Positions 11,020 through 26,059 are shown, counted from the first letter of the stretch. The stretch is 57,940 nucleotides of DNA from Neoechinorhynchus agilis (GCA_051530055.1 JBMGUZ010000014.1:1-57940), one strand, 5' to 3'. Program-made: numbers and translations. The notes: generated by a model not told the origin, from the letters alone.

Positions 11020-11925
11020 AATGGAGCATTCCGATCGACGGAGAATATCTCTCTAAATCTCAAGAAAACTTCTGTATCTTGGATGGCGATTATTGTTGCT
11101 TAGCTCATCCGCCACGCTCTCATACGCCTCGATTACCGCAAGCACAGTCGACCGGATAAAATTGATACCCCTTCACACCTGCGTTTTGACTGTGCCGCAT
11201 GATTCATAGACAAGAACTGGCTCTGCACTTCCCTGGCACCTACGAAAGTAGGTAACGATACAGAAGGTAGGGGGTTGCAGCACTCTCCCATGCCTTCAGT
11301 TTTATCCATCGTTCGATCGAACTCGTACTTTTGAACCGATTCGCATCCTCTTATGTCATTGACGAGTTCGGGGTGTGTTCAAGCGACGGTTGTCATGGCC
11401 TTCTTCCTGTTGCTCATGACTTCGTGCTCGATTCCCCTTATCCCCATTCCGCCTTGATTGCGAGGGAGATTAAGCGCGCCATTATTGATGTAAGCCGGTA
11501 AAAATATAATCTTTTTAATGGCCTTCTGCCAATATCGGTCAATTGGGTTGAGGTCTGTTATCGACATGTCATGGGCACTTTGTAGCTTCGGGATTACATG
11601 AAGGGAATTCCGTAGTCATTCAATAGGTCGATCGCTTGCGTTGAGCGTGTTTTGTGCAAAACGTGAGGTCTTCAATAATACGGCATACGGGGGATTATTG
11701 CGATAGCAGTTGAGGACGTAGTGATACACTGCGGCTCTGCCATTGGTTGCGTTTTCTTTAATACATCCTTTTCCTGACATTGGTTCACATGGCTGCGTGC
11801 AGATACGACATCGTTATATTTTTTATGACACGAGCCGCATTTAATCGCGACGATCGATCATTGGTGGTTCGTCTTTAAGCGGTCGACAATTGCACTGCAG
11901 GCGACGCGTTAGTGCATTGGTTAAC
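11020..11925 (-). pseudogene. Deleted R2-like remnants (ZF3-4, thumb, HPRY helix); mirror of 18480-19390
   Basis: ORF 11379-11567 is close to the family A thumb (IKKIIFLPAYINNGAL.LP.NQGGMG.RGIEHEV). Confidence 0.8.
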
Positions 11926-11929
11926 GTTC

Positions 11930-14900
11930 ATCGTGAACCAACCGCTAGACCTAACGTACTAACTTGAAATCCGTCGACTTTGTATTCAGCTGCTACAATG
12001 GGAATTAAGGCCTTATACTTATCTTCTTTTGCCTTCATGACTTCCTCTGTACGATCAATTCCGGACTCATAGTAAACCGCAATATAGGTAAACCACAATG
12101 TCCGCAATAAATATTTATTTGCTTCTCGTATTTTCGATTATTTAGTCTGGTTTGAATAAGTTTCTTGCTTTATCATAATATCGGTAATTTTGGCGACTAA
12201 TCATGCTTCCTTCGTGTTTTCTGCTAGGCTGCCATACTAGTCTTCGTTGAACTGTATCGTGGAATTTAGTCATTGAGTTGGATGAGTGCTCGCACACTTT
12301 TAACACGTGAGCGCAAGTTTCGAGCGGAGCCGTGCAATGGTGGCATTGGTTCGTTCGATTCTTGTCAAAACGATTTAGCACCGATCCGACTTCAAGCAGC
12401 TGAAATCTGAGTTTTACTTGTTCTACATGGCCAGTGTGCCTGCCTTGTCGTTTGCGAATGGATAAAAGACGCCGGTCTACGTTTCCGCTTGAAACCGTCG
12501 ATTCCCAAGATTTGTGTACCTACAGCTTTCTACTTTTCAATTAGAAATTTGTTCAACGCGTTCTTCCGGTTCTCGCTGGTATTTCCAGGATTGTCCCGAA
12601 TGATCTTCAAGTATTCATTAACCTGGCCAATTTCCTTTGCAACGTCAACGCATGGCTGAAATTTGCTAAGTACACAACTCACTGATATATTTCGTGGTAA
12701 AATGAACGGAAACCAAGAGCGCCCAATGAAAGCGGTAGAAGAAAAGCCTTCATCTGAGGCATTATTCGGTATCTGAAGTCTCTTTAGTTTGGTTCTCCAC
12801 TTGACATCGATGCGGACAAGATCAGAGAGCGGTATGTTTCAGGCCGCTGCCAGTTTCGCCAAGAATATGGGCGCGGCGTAGTCATTTGTAAGATGTGCGG
12901 TTTGGGAGCGGTGGAGTCGCGCGCTTTTCATTTCCTTGAAAAAACCTGCCTACTTCGCCCATTGCTTCAGTCAACGATGTGCCTCGCCACGGTTTTGTTG
13001 TCAACGTATCTGTAGGCATAATAGTAGCACTTTTCGCTTGATAGCGCTAATCCTTTTCCATTAAGACCATCAGTCATTGCATTGATTATAATTTGTAAGT
13101 TTTTATCATTGTCGGCCATGAAAGGCACGTCATCTGCATAGACCAAGTGCGAAAATGAGAAATCGTTCTTCAAGTGGCACCCAAGATTGATTTCTTTTAT
13201 GGCAACAAGTGTATCGTCAAGGCACATGGCAAAAGGAAAGTGAGAGGTGACCCCTTTGCTCGAACCTTTTGAACTTTATCGGGTTAGACAACGTTATTGT
13301 TCATCCTTAACCTTGTGTGAATTGACCGGTACAGCGCCATAATGTAATTGCGAATGTACTTCAGGCAGTTTTTATTTCGAAGGGCTGCATCTAAAGCACT
13401 ATGGGAAATGGAGTCGAACGCCGACGTTATATCCAATACTGCAATTGATAATGGTCGCCTATTTGATCGGCACTGTCTCAGGACCGCTCTCAGGGTCAAC
13501 AGATTGCTAGAGCAGGCAGACGAGTCAAATGCCGTCTGACCTAGATCAAGGCTGTAAATGTCCCGTAATCGTTTTAGGAGAACCAGATGAAAAATGCGCA
13601 ACAATATAGAGGAAATCGTTATCGGCCTCCAACCGCTGAGTGACCTTAATTTGTTGTTGGACGCATTTGCCTTTGGAATAAGAATCGTTTTAGATTCATT
13701 AAGAACTTCGGGAGGGCTTCCGGTTTGCAAAACTGTGTTTAGTAGGACCGTTATACCACAGAGGGTCGGATCGAAGGATCTGATTTGACGTATTGTTATC
13801 TTATCGGGACCTGAAGCGGAGGATGGTTTTATTCCTTTGATTGCGTCGTCGACTTCATTGTGCGTCATTAACGGTATGGCATTGGTGCAGATTTGTTCTT
13901 CATATATATTGGTTGCAGGGTTATCCGAAGGACCTTGAAAAAGGGCATAATAATGCTGAAAAACCTCATTAGGATTAAGACTGCATTCTTTTCGTTGCGC
14001 ACCTTTGAATGTTTCGTTTGCCAGCCCAAGTGTACTTCATTGAAATACAGCGCCTTGTTTCTTTTCTCATTGAGAGAACGTGCATGGCTCCAGATGCCCA
14101 AGCTTCTTACGCATGGAAATATACCGTTCTCATCCTCCCACAGAGTAAACACATTTGATGCGGTCCCGGCGCACATGATTCTCTTTGGACGCAGGCATTT
14201 GTTGCTGTAGATTACAAAATCGCAGGTGAACACAGCAGAAGCGGCGTACAAAATAAGCCAATTCGATAGGGCCTGATCCCTATGTAAATACTGAAAACAC
14301 GCTTCCAACGAGGAATTTGCATCGGGCACGTTAAGGGCAACCTTTTCGTAGTAACTCCAGTTATTTATGAACTCTGTCTTGACTTTATTGAGTACACCGC
14401 GCCACGATGCAGGACAGCCACAAGTGTGGAAGGCAATTGAATTGAATATAAGCTTAGAACCTTGTCGCAATTTCACGATTTTTAGGCCTAATTGTCGCGC
14501 GAACGAGACTGGCGAGCTGGTTGTATTCTTACCACAATGTAAATGCGAGCTGTAACGCTCAGCCGCTTCGTTTAACCAATCCTGGTTAAAATCTGTTTGA
14601 AATCTTAGTAAATGCATTCCTTTTTCAAGAAATGCTTTATATCGAGGGTGCAACGACTTTGCTTTTAGGCTGTCGACAATCGTCTCGTATGCAAATTCCG
14701 GGGTAAAGATTGCAGATATGCTGGATGGTTTTTCTGCGTGTTCGGAATAGTTGCAAGGTTCGTGACTTAGACAGTTGGCATTCATTTCCGGTGCATCATC
14801 TGCTTCCTCGACTAGGCTGATAGCGGCTCGGTTACATCTTCTTCAGGTATGGCATCCATAACATTTGCATGGTTGAACGAGGTAGATGATTTGGTTGATG

Positions 14901-15138
14901 AGGTAGACCGAAAGATGAGAAGAGATTCAATTTGAACATTAACGCAAGCTGAGGTAGGTGATCCAAATTGAACGTCAACGCAAGATGAGGTAGGTGATAA
15001 AATTGGAACACCAACGCATTCAGTTGCAACATCGCAATCAGCCATGTACGAATTCATAAGAGCGCTGTTCTGCCTTGATCGAATCGGTTCATGGCGCTCA
15101 GCGCTCCCAAGATTATCCCGATTGCTGCAACCCAGAGC
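11930..15138 (-). mobile_element. R2-like family B, inverted mirror copy (degenerate)
   Basis: ORFs 12142-12381, 12967-13227, 13284-13868 and 13868-14785 duplicate 15253-18475 on the opposite strand. Confidence 0.9.
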
Positions 15139-18100
15139 TGCGCCTCTTGCAACAGTGAAAAACTTGCCTCTATTGTATCAGCACGCGCTCACTACACACA
15201 TTGCTCCCGACGCCTCACAAAAGTCAAGGATGGAGTTTCTAATGTGGACAACGCTCTGGGTTGCAGCAATCGGGATAATCTTGGGAGCGCTGAGCGGAAC
15301 CATGAACCGATTCGATCAAGGCAGAACAGCGCTCTTATGAATTCGTACATGGCTGATTGCGATGTTGCAACTGAATGCGTTGGTGTTCCAATTTTATCAC
15401 CTACCTCATCTTGCGTTGACGTTCAATTTGGATCACCTACCTCACCTTGCGTTAATATTCAAATTGGATCACCTACCTCATCTTTCCGGTCTACCTCATC
15501 AACCAAATCATCTACCTCGTCCAACCATGCAAATGTTATGGATGCCATACCTGAAGAAGATGTAACCGAAGCCGCTATCAGCCTAGTCGAGGAAGCAGAT
15601 GATGCACCGGGAATGAATGCCAACTGTCTAAGTCACGAACCTTGCAACTATTCCGAACACGCAGAAAAACCATCCAGCATATCTGCAATCTTTACCCCGG
15701 AATTTGCATACGAGACGATTGTCGACAGCCTAAAAGCAAAGTCGTTGCACCCTCGATATAAAGCATTTCTTGAAAAAGGAATGCATTTACTAAGATTTCA
15801 AACAGATTTTAACCAGGATTGGTTAAACGAAGCGGCTGAGCGTTACAGCTCGCATTTACATTGTGGTAAGAATACAACCAGCTCGCCAGTCTCGTTCGCG
15901 CGACAATTAGGCCTAAAAATCGTGAAATTGCGACAAGGTTCTAAGCTTATATTCAATTCAATTGCCTTCCACACTTGTGGCTGTCCTGCATCGTGGCGCG
16001 GTGTACTCAATAAAGTCAAGACAGAGTTCATAAATAACTGGAGTTACTACGAAAAGGTTGCCCTTAACGTGCCCGATGCAAATTCCTCGTCGGAAGCGTG
16101 TTTTCAGTATTTACATAGGGATCAGGCCCTATCGAATTGGCTTATTTTGTACGCCGCTTCTGCTGTGTTCACCTGCGATTTTGTAATCTACAGCAACAAA
16201 TGCCTGCGTCCAAAGAGAATCATGTGCGCCGGGACCGCATCAAATGTGTTTACTCTGTGGGAGGATGAGAACGGTATATTTCCATGCGTAAGAAGCTTGG
16301 GCATCACAAGGAGCCATGCACGTTCTCTCAATGAGAAAAGAAACAAGGCGCTGTATTTCAATGATACCTCCAGGCTGGCAAACGAAACATTCAAAGGTGC
16401 GCAACGAAAAGAATGCAGTCTTAATCCTAATGAGGTTTTTCAGCATTATTATGCCCTTTTTCAAGGTCCTTCGGATAACCCAGCAACCACTATATATGAA
16501 GAACAAATCTGCACCAATGCCATACCGTTAATGACGCACAATGAAGTCGACGACGCAATCAAAGGAATAAAACCATCCTCCGCTTCAGGTCCCGATAAGA
16601 TAACAATACGTCAAATCAGATCCTTCGATCCGACCCTCTGTGGTATAACGGTCCTACTAAACACAGTTTTGCAAACCGGAAGCCCTCCCGAAGTTCTTAA
16701 TGAATCTAAAACGATTCTTATTCCAAAGGCAAATGCGTCCAACAACAAATTAAGGTCACTCAGCGGTTGGAGGCCGATAACGATTTCCTCTATATTGTTG
16801 CGCATTTTTCATCGGGTTCTCCTAAAACGATTACGGGACATTTACAGCCTTGATCTAGGTCAGACGGCATTTGACTCGTCTGCCTGCTCTAGCAATCTGT
16901 TGACCCTGAGAGCGGTCCTGAGACAGTGCCGATCAAATAGGCGACCATTATCAATTGCAGTATTGGATATAACGTCGGCGTTCGACTCCATTTCCCATAG
17001 TGCTTTAGATGCAGCCCTTCGAAATAAAAACTGCCTGAAGTACATTCGCAATTACATTATGGCGCTGTACCGGTCAATTCACACAAGGTTAAGGATGAAC
17101 AACCAACCGTTGTCTAACCCGATAAAGTTCAAAAGAGTTCGACAAGGGGGTCACCTCTCCCCTTTCCTTTTTGCCATGTGCCTTGACGATACACTTGTTG
17201 CCATAAAAGAAATCAATCTTGGGTGCCACTTGAAGAACGATTTCTCATTTTCGCACTTGGTCTATGCAGATGACGTGCCTTTCATGGCCGACAATGATAA
17301 AAACTTACAAATTATAATCAATGCAATGACTGATGGTCTTAATGGAAAAGGATTAGCGCTATCAAGCGAAAAGTGCTACTATTATGCCTACAGATACGTT
17401 GACAACAAAACCGTGGCGAGGCACATCGTTGACTGAAGCAATGGGCGAAGTAGGCAGGTTTTTTCAAGGAAATGAAAAGCGCGCGACTCCACCGCTCCCA
17501 AACCGCACATCTTATAAATGACTACGCCGCGCCCATATTCTTGGCGAAACTGGCAGCGGCCTGAAACATACCGCTCTCTGATCTTGTCCGCATCGATGTC
17601 AAGTGGAGAACCAAACTAAAGAGACTTCAGATACCGAATAATGCCTCAGATGAAGGCTTTTCTTCTACCGCTTTCATTGGGCGCTCTTAGTTTCCGTTCA
17701 TTTTACCACGAAATATATCAGTGAGTTGTGTACTTAGCAAATTTCAGCCATGCGTTGACGTTGCAAAGGAAATTGGCCAGGTTAATGAATACTTGAAGAT
17801 CATTCGGGACAATCCTGGAAATACCAGCGAGAACCGGAAGAACGCGTTGAACAAATTTCTAATTGAAAAGTAGAAAGCTGTAGGTACACAAATCTTGGGA
17901 ATCGACGGTTTCAAGCGGAAACGTAGACCGGCGCCTTTTATCCATTCGCAAACGACAAGGCAGGCACACTGGCCATGTAGAACAAGTAAAACTCAGATTT
18001 CAGCTGCTTGAAGTCGGATCGGTGCTAAATCGTTTTGACAAGAATCGAACGAACCAATGCCACCATTGCACGGCTCCGCTCGAAACTTGCGCTCACGTGT

Positions 18101-18475
18101 TAAAAGTGTGCGAGCACTCATCCAACTCAATGACTAAATTCCACGATACAGTTCAACGAAGATCATATGGCAGCCTAGCAGAAAACACGAAGGAAGCATG
18201 ATTAGTCGCCAAAATTACTGATATTATGATAAAGCAAGAAACTTATTCAAACCAGACTAAATAATCGAAAATACGAGAAGCAAATAAATATTTATTGCGG
18301 ACATTGTGGCTTACCTATATTGCGGTTTACTATGAGTCCGGAATTGATCGTACAGAGGAAGTCATGAAGGCAAAAGAAGATAAGTATAAGGCCTTAAGTC
18401 CCATTGTAGCAGCTGAATACAAAGTCGACGGATTTCAAGTTAGTACGTTAGGTCTAGCGGTTGGTTCACGATGAA
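15139..18475 (+). mobile_element. R2-like family B, 5'-truncated at the fold-back and degenerate after the RT
   Basis: ZF4 (CASC..H...C), LHPRY, OTU-like, WRPITISS, LDITSAFD, YADD; degenerate QGGHLSP; frameshifted thumb; CHHC..H..KVC; ends TLGLAVGSR. No 28S junction. Confidence 0.9.
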
Positions 18476-18479
18476 CGTT

Positions 18480-19390
18480 AACCAATGCACTAACGCGTCG
18501 CCTGCAGTGCAATTGTCGACCGCTTAAAGACGAACCACCAATGATCGATCGTCGCGATTAAATGCGGCTCGTGTCATAAAAAATATAACGATGTCGTATC
18601 TGCACGCAGCCATGTGAACCAATGTCAGGAAAAGGATGTATTAAAGAAAACGCAACCAATGGCAGAGCCGCAGTGTATCACTACGTCCTCAACTGCTATC
18701 GCAATAATCCCCCGTATGCCGTATTATTGAAGACCTCACGTTTTGCACAAAACACGCTCAACGCAAGCGATCGACCTATTGAATGACTACGGAATTCCCT
18801 TCATGTAATCCCGAAGCTACAAAGTGCCCATGACATGTCGATAACAGACCTCAACCCAATTGACCGATATTGGCAGAAGGTCGTCGCCAAAAAGATTATA
18901 TTTTACCGGCTTACATCAATAATGGCGCGCTTAATTCCTCGCAATCAAGGCGGAATGGGGATAAGGGGAATCGAGCACGAAGTCATGAGCAACAGGAAGA
19001 AGGCCATGACAACCGTCGCTTGAACACACCCCGAACTCGTCAATGACATAAGAGGATGCGAATCGGTTCAAAAGTACGAGTTCGATCGAACGATGGATAA
19101 AACCGAAGGCATGGGAGAGTGCTGCAACCCCCTACCTTCTGTATCGTTACCTACTTTCGTAGGTGCCAGGGAAGTGCAGAGCCAGTTCTTGTCTATGAAT
19201 CATGCGGCACAGTCAAAACGCAGGTGTGAAGGGGTATCAATTTTATCCGGTCGACTGTGCTTGCGGTAATCGAGGCGTATGAGAGCGTGGCGGATGAGCT
19301 AAGCAACAATAATCGCCATCCAAGATACAGAAGTTTTCTTGAGATTTAGAGAGATATTCTCCGTCGATCGGAATGCTCCATTGATAAAGC
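18480..19390 (+). pseudogene. Deleted R2-like remnants: ZF3-4, thumb, linker, HPRY helix
   Basis: Manual translation: IKCGSCHKKYNDVVSARSHVNQC (cf. family A IKCGLCDNRYTDVVSARSHVNQC); LLNDYG; KAWESAAT; EAYESVADELSNNNRHPRYRSFLE. Confidence 0.8.
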
Positions 19391-19929
19391 AAAATACGTT
19401 TCCAATAATTTTCAAAGAATTACTCACGTTCATTGAGGCTCTAAGATGCCTTCATAGGTTCGCGGTACAAAGTTTAAAAGTAACCTTCAGCTCCAAAATC
19501 GCTCAATTCATCAGCGAACAAAGCAGAACGATGCACGGAACGTACAAACAGCGATAGGAAACAGACGGCGATTTGCAATGTACAAAAGACGGAAGAAATA
19601 GTCCGTGAAATTATTTGGCGCACGTTTAAATTTTTATCATTGCTTTTTTATCTAAATAATTTGTGAAAATTAGCAATTGTAATCTTTCGTTTTTTAAAGT
19701 ATTCCAATAAAAAGTGTTAATTATTGAATTAAAGCGCAGTTTTTAAGTTTCTTCCAATGAAAATTTATAATCGCTTTTTAAAGCTATCAGCATATAAAAT
19801 ATGTTTTTTTCAATCAGATGGGTCGATTGGTGAAAAAGGACTTAGTTTCAAAAAATTTGCAAGCTAACTTTGCAGCGGATGATGACAACGGGCAACTTTA
19901 TCTTGTAAAGGTTCACTTAATCTTGGAGC

Positions 19930-20830
19930 ATAGAATGTAATTGCTCGCTCTCCTTTATTCGGTATAGAAACTCAGCTCCTTTAAAAAGATGTCGAACTCA
20001 AAGGACCTCCTACCTAGTCGACATCTTCAAACGTAAATCGGAAGGCTTTTTTTGCCCATCCTACTAATAGATTGCAACACTTGTTAACTATCCAGTTCAA
20101 TTCAGTCAAGCCTAAACAATCAATGTATGGTTCAATGGTTACCCCGTTGATTGGTTCATTCAGAAACCATGGCGTAAAAAGTATCAATCATCTAACCTAT
20201 TAGGGTGGAACAATGAAGTTCTACTTAAAAATCCAGAAATGGATCTCCCTTTCTCGTGACTTCCTAAATTCCAGGCTCCCCAATTAGATCTTCAGTCTCG
20301 ACAACAGAACAAAGAGCTCAATTCCTCACCAACGGACTTTAGCCGAGTATGAGCCAAGAAGGCAGGCAGATCTCATTTCAATTTTTGAGTTACCACTCAA
20401 TGCAAATGTTATCTCTTCATTCGTTTCGAATGAATTGCCCTACTCCCTCTTTATTTTTTTATTCAATTAGTAGCAATTTACCATTGTGAACTTATACATA
20501 AGACCCGATTTTACGCATCGTCCCTCCACTGAAAATAGGCTTAAGTGGCTTCTCAAATCTTACATCGATTTTATAATTGGAGATTTTAATGATCCCTCAC
20601 TTAAATCGATTAAACCAATAGTTTACGCAGTAAGATTTCTCGACTTTACGATGCTACTGACTCCCTCTTTTTATTTGGTCACAAACAACACTCATTCATT
20701 CATAGATCTCTTCGTGCATAGGAGGAGTATTATATTCTTACTTCGAGTCAAAAGTCAGTATTTTTGTTTGACTTTGCTAGACACGACGTTGCACCATCGT
20801 CCTGCCTACCCAATGACTCATTGCGTATAA
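19930..20830 (+). pseudogene. APE endonuclease fragment of a LINE (right arm)
   Basis: ORF 20486-20830 has GDFND and PSFYLVTNNTHSFID. Confidence 0.75.
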
Positions 20831-22039
20831 GCTAACACTGGACATCTCTTCAATTTTCTCAGGTTAATCTTAAGTGTGTTCTCCTCTTATTAATAACTTT
20901 ATTCATAGGACTGCTAACATCTATCCCTATAAACCAGAACATGTCTACTTTAGATCGTGTGAAAGCAGATCCTTTTGTATTCTGAGGTGATAAATATACT
21001 TCGCTAAACAGGGTAACGACGTTCTCCTCAATAAAGTTCCTTCGAAACGCCACTGGACTGCTAGATGCAGGTAGCAACAAAGACATGAAAGTGCTTTTTT
21101 AGAAACCGTGAAAAACTTTTCCCCTAGGTTGTGAAACGTTTTATCTAAGACAAATTTCACCAACTAGAAGCCGAAACTTTCAAACTGTCAAAAATCCGTC
21201 ACGTTAGATAATATTCTTGGTACAGTATTTGAATTTCACTTACTAAGTTGTGCTAAATGCAATAGGCCATCCATAGTTTTTCGCAGGCTAATAGCAATCC
21301 GTTCTGATCGGATTCTTAATGACATCCTAAAAGTATGACCGATAAATCAAAAATTATCCTCTTCAAATAGCATCACTGGCACCAAATTTTTTAATCTTCT
21401 GGCGCAGGATTCTATTTACTTTTTGCAAAACTGGTGCTCAATTGCTATCCCTTTGCTTAGAGGGATGCAATATATCGACACGGACTTTTTCTGGTTAAAA
21501 ACGGCAGAAGATCTGTTAATTATTCCAATAACCTTCGTTACTTAGTACTAACCTATTTTTATTGCAGTTTTAGTAACTCAAGCATACCCATCCGGGTTAA
21601 TTCACGAAATCTTTCTATTGCGACCATGCCACCTCAAAAACGTTATAATATCCTCCTACTGGAGTACCGCAGTGTTCGCCGCTTTCGCCTATTTTATATC
21701 TACTGCCTTCCCAATACCTAACACAAAATTTTAAAATTAATGCATCACTGACATGTTAACAAACAAACGGAAGATGAAGCCGGCGAGGTTCGAAACGTCT
21801 CTAATAAATAATCATTTATCGAGTGTAGACCTAAACAATAATTCCACATAACTTTTGTAATTAAAATCCAAAGGGAAGCTAAGGTGAAACTCCTAATCAA
21901 ACAATGTGTTGAATATCTGATTCCATCTTTACCTAAAATCAGCTTATCCCTAAGCCTATCCAAAACACAGTATATTTTATTGAACTTTCCAATCGGCTCC
22001 ATAAAGATCTTCTTAAGCTTTTCTTTGATGATTTTATGT

Positions 22040-23350
22040 CCGCACAGCAATAAAAACACTGCAGTCGATTTCTGTTTTCCTGTATGTTATTTGATCATAA
22101 TCAGAAGATATATCATGTGCCATGAGCACATATTCGAATTTTTAAGCTAATGACGTCATATTTACGATTTAAGGAGCTAAAAAACTAAAGCACAAATAAA
22201 ACACTGCAGTGGATTAAGTGGATTATTTTCCTGTATGTTATTTGCTCGAAATCGGAAGATATTGCATGAGCACGTGTTCTAATTTTAAAGCTGATGACGT
22301 CATGTTTTCGATATAAAAACGAATAGACTAAAGCACAATATAAACTGCAGTCGATTTCTGTTTTCCTTTATGTTGTTTGCTGGAAATGAGAAGATATTGC
22401 TTGAGCACGTGTGTTAATTTTTGAACTTTTTACGTTTTTTTTATACGAGTAAGCGGCAGACGTAACTAATGCTGCCTTAATGGTGAACCATTTATGATTC
22501 AACGTGTTTTCAATACAAACAACCAAAAATGCAGCAACAAAATACCGCAGTCGAATTCTGTTTTCCTTTATGTTATTTGCTCAAAATCAGGAGACATCTC
22601 ATGAGCATAGGTTCTAATTTTTAAGCAGATGACGTCAAGTTTTCGACACAAACAACGAAAAAATAAAGCAATAAAACACTGCCGTCGATCTCTGTTTTCC
22701 TGTATGTTATTTGCTATAAATCAGAAGATATTGAATGAGTACCTTTTTCAATTTTTAAACTGATGACGTTTTTGCAACGAGCAAACAGCGGATGTAACTT
22801 GTTTTCGATATAAATAACGAGAAAAGTAAAGGAGCAATAATATACTGCGCTCAATTTTGTTTTCCTGTATGTTATTTGCTCAAAATGAGAAGATATTGCA
22901 TGGCACGTGTTCTAATCTTTAGGCCGATCGAGTCATGTTCTCGATGTAAAAAACGAAAAAACTAAAGCACCAATAAAACACCGCAGTCGATCTCTGTTTT
23001 CTTGCATGTTATTTGCAATAAATATGAAAATATTGCATGATCATGTGTTCTATATTTAAACTGATGACGTAATGCTTTCGACATAAACTACGAAAAGGAA
23101 GCAGCACTGAAAAACTTCGGTGGATTTATGTTTTTCTGTTTGTCATTTTCTCAAAATCAGAAGACATTGCATGATCACGTGTTTTAATTTTTGAACTGAT
23201 GACGCCATGCTTTTGTTAAAAACAACGAAAAGACTAAAGCAAGAATAAAACGCTGCTGTCGATTTCTGTATTTCTGTTTATTATTTTCCCAAAATTGGAA
23301 GATATTGCATGAGTACGTGTTCTTATTTTTAAACTGATGACGGATAAACG
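22040..23350. repeat. ~133-bp degenerate tandem array, inverted copy
   Basis: Reverse complement of 7050-8345. Confidence 0.85.
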
Positions 23351-24429
23351 GCGGACGTTGCTCATTTTTCAAGTCATTGGATCATTGAACGTTTTAAAAG
23401 CTTCTCTGCCCGCTAAGAGAGCTTTACTTGAAGTTATCAACAAGCCTTCCTCGCGTCATAGCTTATATACTATGCCTAACCCTTAAATTGGTTTCCTGGA
23501 GAGGGGGTACTCTATGTATGCCCGGCAGGTTTTTGACATCGTGCTGCAATGTAATTTTGCTAGCGTCACAAGGCTCTTTTTATGATACAATTCAATCGAA
23601 ACAAAACACGTTCAATCAGCTAATGTTCAGAACTTTTTAACTTTCAATCATGTAGTTAATTTCACGAAACGTCGACAACAAATCTAGTCATCAATTCTTA
23701 GCGGGTTCCGAGAGCTTCGACTGACGTCATTTATAAGCACTCATTCACGTCGTAGCTCATATGCTATGCCTAGCCCTTACTGGGATCTCTTCTCCGAGAT
23801 TAAGTGAACCTTTTTAAGATAAGGTGGCCGCTTGTCATTCTCCACGGCAAAGATAGGTTGCAAATTTTTGGATGCTGCATCCTTTTTCAAAACGTAGTGG
23901 TTTTTAACGTATCTAATTACGGCACTAATCGATTCATCTGAGTGAATTTTTTATTCTACCAGCTTTAAAAATCGATTGTAAATTTTCATTTGAGAAACTT
24001 AAAACTTTCCGTCAATTCAATAATGAACATTAAAAAGCACTTGGGAGGTGGTGAATGTAAAGAAAAGTAACCCAATTAGTAAATGGCGTGAAAAATAAAC
24101 ACGAGGAATACGTGGAAAAAAAAAGAAGACGATTAAAATCGCAGTTGATTTAAGACTTTCGAAAAGCACATTACATGGTTACTCCTCATAAATTATTTTT
24201 CGATTAAAAAACAGTAGTAAAAATTTAAACGCGCGCCAAATGATTACGCAAACCAATAATTCTTTCGTTTTCTGCACATTATAAATTGCTGCCTGTTTCC
24301 TATAGCTGCCTCCATGTTCCTGTATCGTTCTTTGTTCGCCTATGAAATGAGCGATTTTGGAGCTATGGGCTTATGAAGGCATCTTTGAGCGTCTGTGAAC
24401 GTAAGTAATTTGTTGGAAACGTATTTTCC

Positions 24430-25941
24430 CTATCAATGGAGCCTTCTGATCGATGGAGGGTATCGCTCTCCGTCTCCAGAAAGCATCTGTACCTTGAATG
24501 GTAGTTATTTTTGCTTTATTCATCTACCACACTAAAGCATTGCTTGGAGAGATTAGACTCAGCTCACACTCATCGAAAGCTCCCTCGCCTAAGTTCCTTG
24601 TAAGTTTAAGAATCTTCTTTAGTCTGCACCTCCATTGCTCGTCTTTACGTCTGAGATTAGCGGGACGATGTCGCATGAGGCTTCGAGCTTAACCATTAAG
24701 GATGGAATTGCATAGTCGTTTAGAAGGTTAACGTCTTTTAATAGGGTCGTGTGACTGCTTTGATTTGAGGCCTCGAGAACTTTCGCAGGATAAGTACCTG
24801 ACTCATTAATCCAAACGATGAATTCGTGGCTGTGCGAGATCGAATTCGAAGAGGAACATCGTCGCTTGGAGTTTGCCCGACAAAATTGCATTGATAGGCA
24901 GTCGCTGCGGCCCTCAAGTTGAAGTGAACTGATAGTTCGTTGTAATTTTTAGTAGCATCCAGTGTGTCATTTAATGTGAGATTTGCATCAAGAATCATTT
25001 TTACTATATGAAGTGAAACAGGGTCCAAGATGCGGTCCTTTACTCTCCTCCATTGTGTAGGTTTCTCGAGGACGACAAAGGCGGCGGTCACCAGTACCAT
25101 TGTTGAATTTTTCTTTAGCTTTATAATTTTGAGGCCGAGACTTGAAGCCTTGACAAAATCTGTGGCTGTACGAAACGCATTTTGCTGGATTGAAGGACAA
25201 TCCAATGCTTCGCAATTCTGTAACCGCAACATCGAGCTTATTCTGAAGTCCGGCCTTATCCTTACTGACCAACAAAATATCATCTTCGCCATAACTGCTG
25301 CCCGTTCCAATGAGGTCTCATAGTAGACCGCCACGTCTACTATATAAACTCGATCATTTATGTTTGTCCTCACAATGAGGTCGGGCTTGTGTAAGTTGCC
25401 GCCGTCGTCCATAATGTGATTTTTTCTATCGACGGTATAACTGATGCCTCGGATTGAATCTCTTTTGGCGGATTTTGCTTCTTCTGCATTTAATGCGTCT
25501 ATAAAGACTTTCTCGACGTCGTCGTGTCTTTTAATCATTGCTTCCGTCGAGAAGTCACACTGATTAATTACGTGCAAGCACGTTTCTGTTTGATGGGCGC
25601 AATGGCGACAGGCTTTTGTCCTATTGTTTGAGATCCTTGCCATAAGGGCACCAACCTCTAGAAGTTCATCTCGCATTTTTATCAATTCCGTGTATTGCCT
25701 GTGATGTCCCTGTCTGTATCTGAATGATAACATTTTTGGGTCTGCGAATCCGTTGGTAAAGGCCTGATATCCGTTTGCCTGTGTTTTTGCCTCCGCCCAT
25801 TTTTTTCGTACTCTGCGTTAACGCCGCTTTTGCCTAGATCTCTCATAAACGATGCAAGCCATTTACTTTCTCATTCGAGAATGCCAATAAAACTGAAGCT
25901 ATTGAAATCGTTAAAATTGACTGAATTTACATTACTATTTA
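24430..25941 (-). pseudogene. Scrambled R2-like cassette (family D), copy 2
   Basis: ORF 24738-25733 runs CRHC..H....C, RHD, KPDLIV..VDVAVYYE, then OTU-like sequence. Confidence 0.88.
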
Positions 25942-26021
25942 TAAAGAAACAATGATGGTAGTGGTATTTCACCGGCGCGGCTTCCCACCTGTTCTACGCC
26001 CATCATGTTTCTTCACAGACT

Positions 26022-26059
<38 letters not shown>

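Noticed and set aside
15091-15138. ATG start and N-terminus MALSAPKIIPIAATQS of the 781-aa ORF
   Set aside because: It is read from the inverted left arm across the fold-back, so it is not a genuine start.
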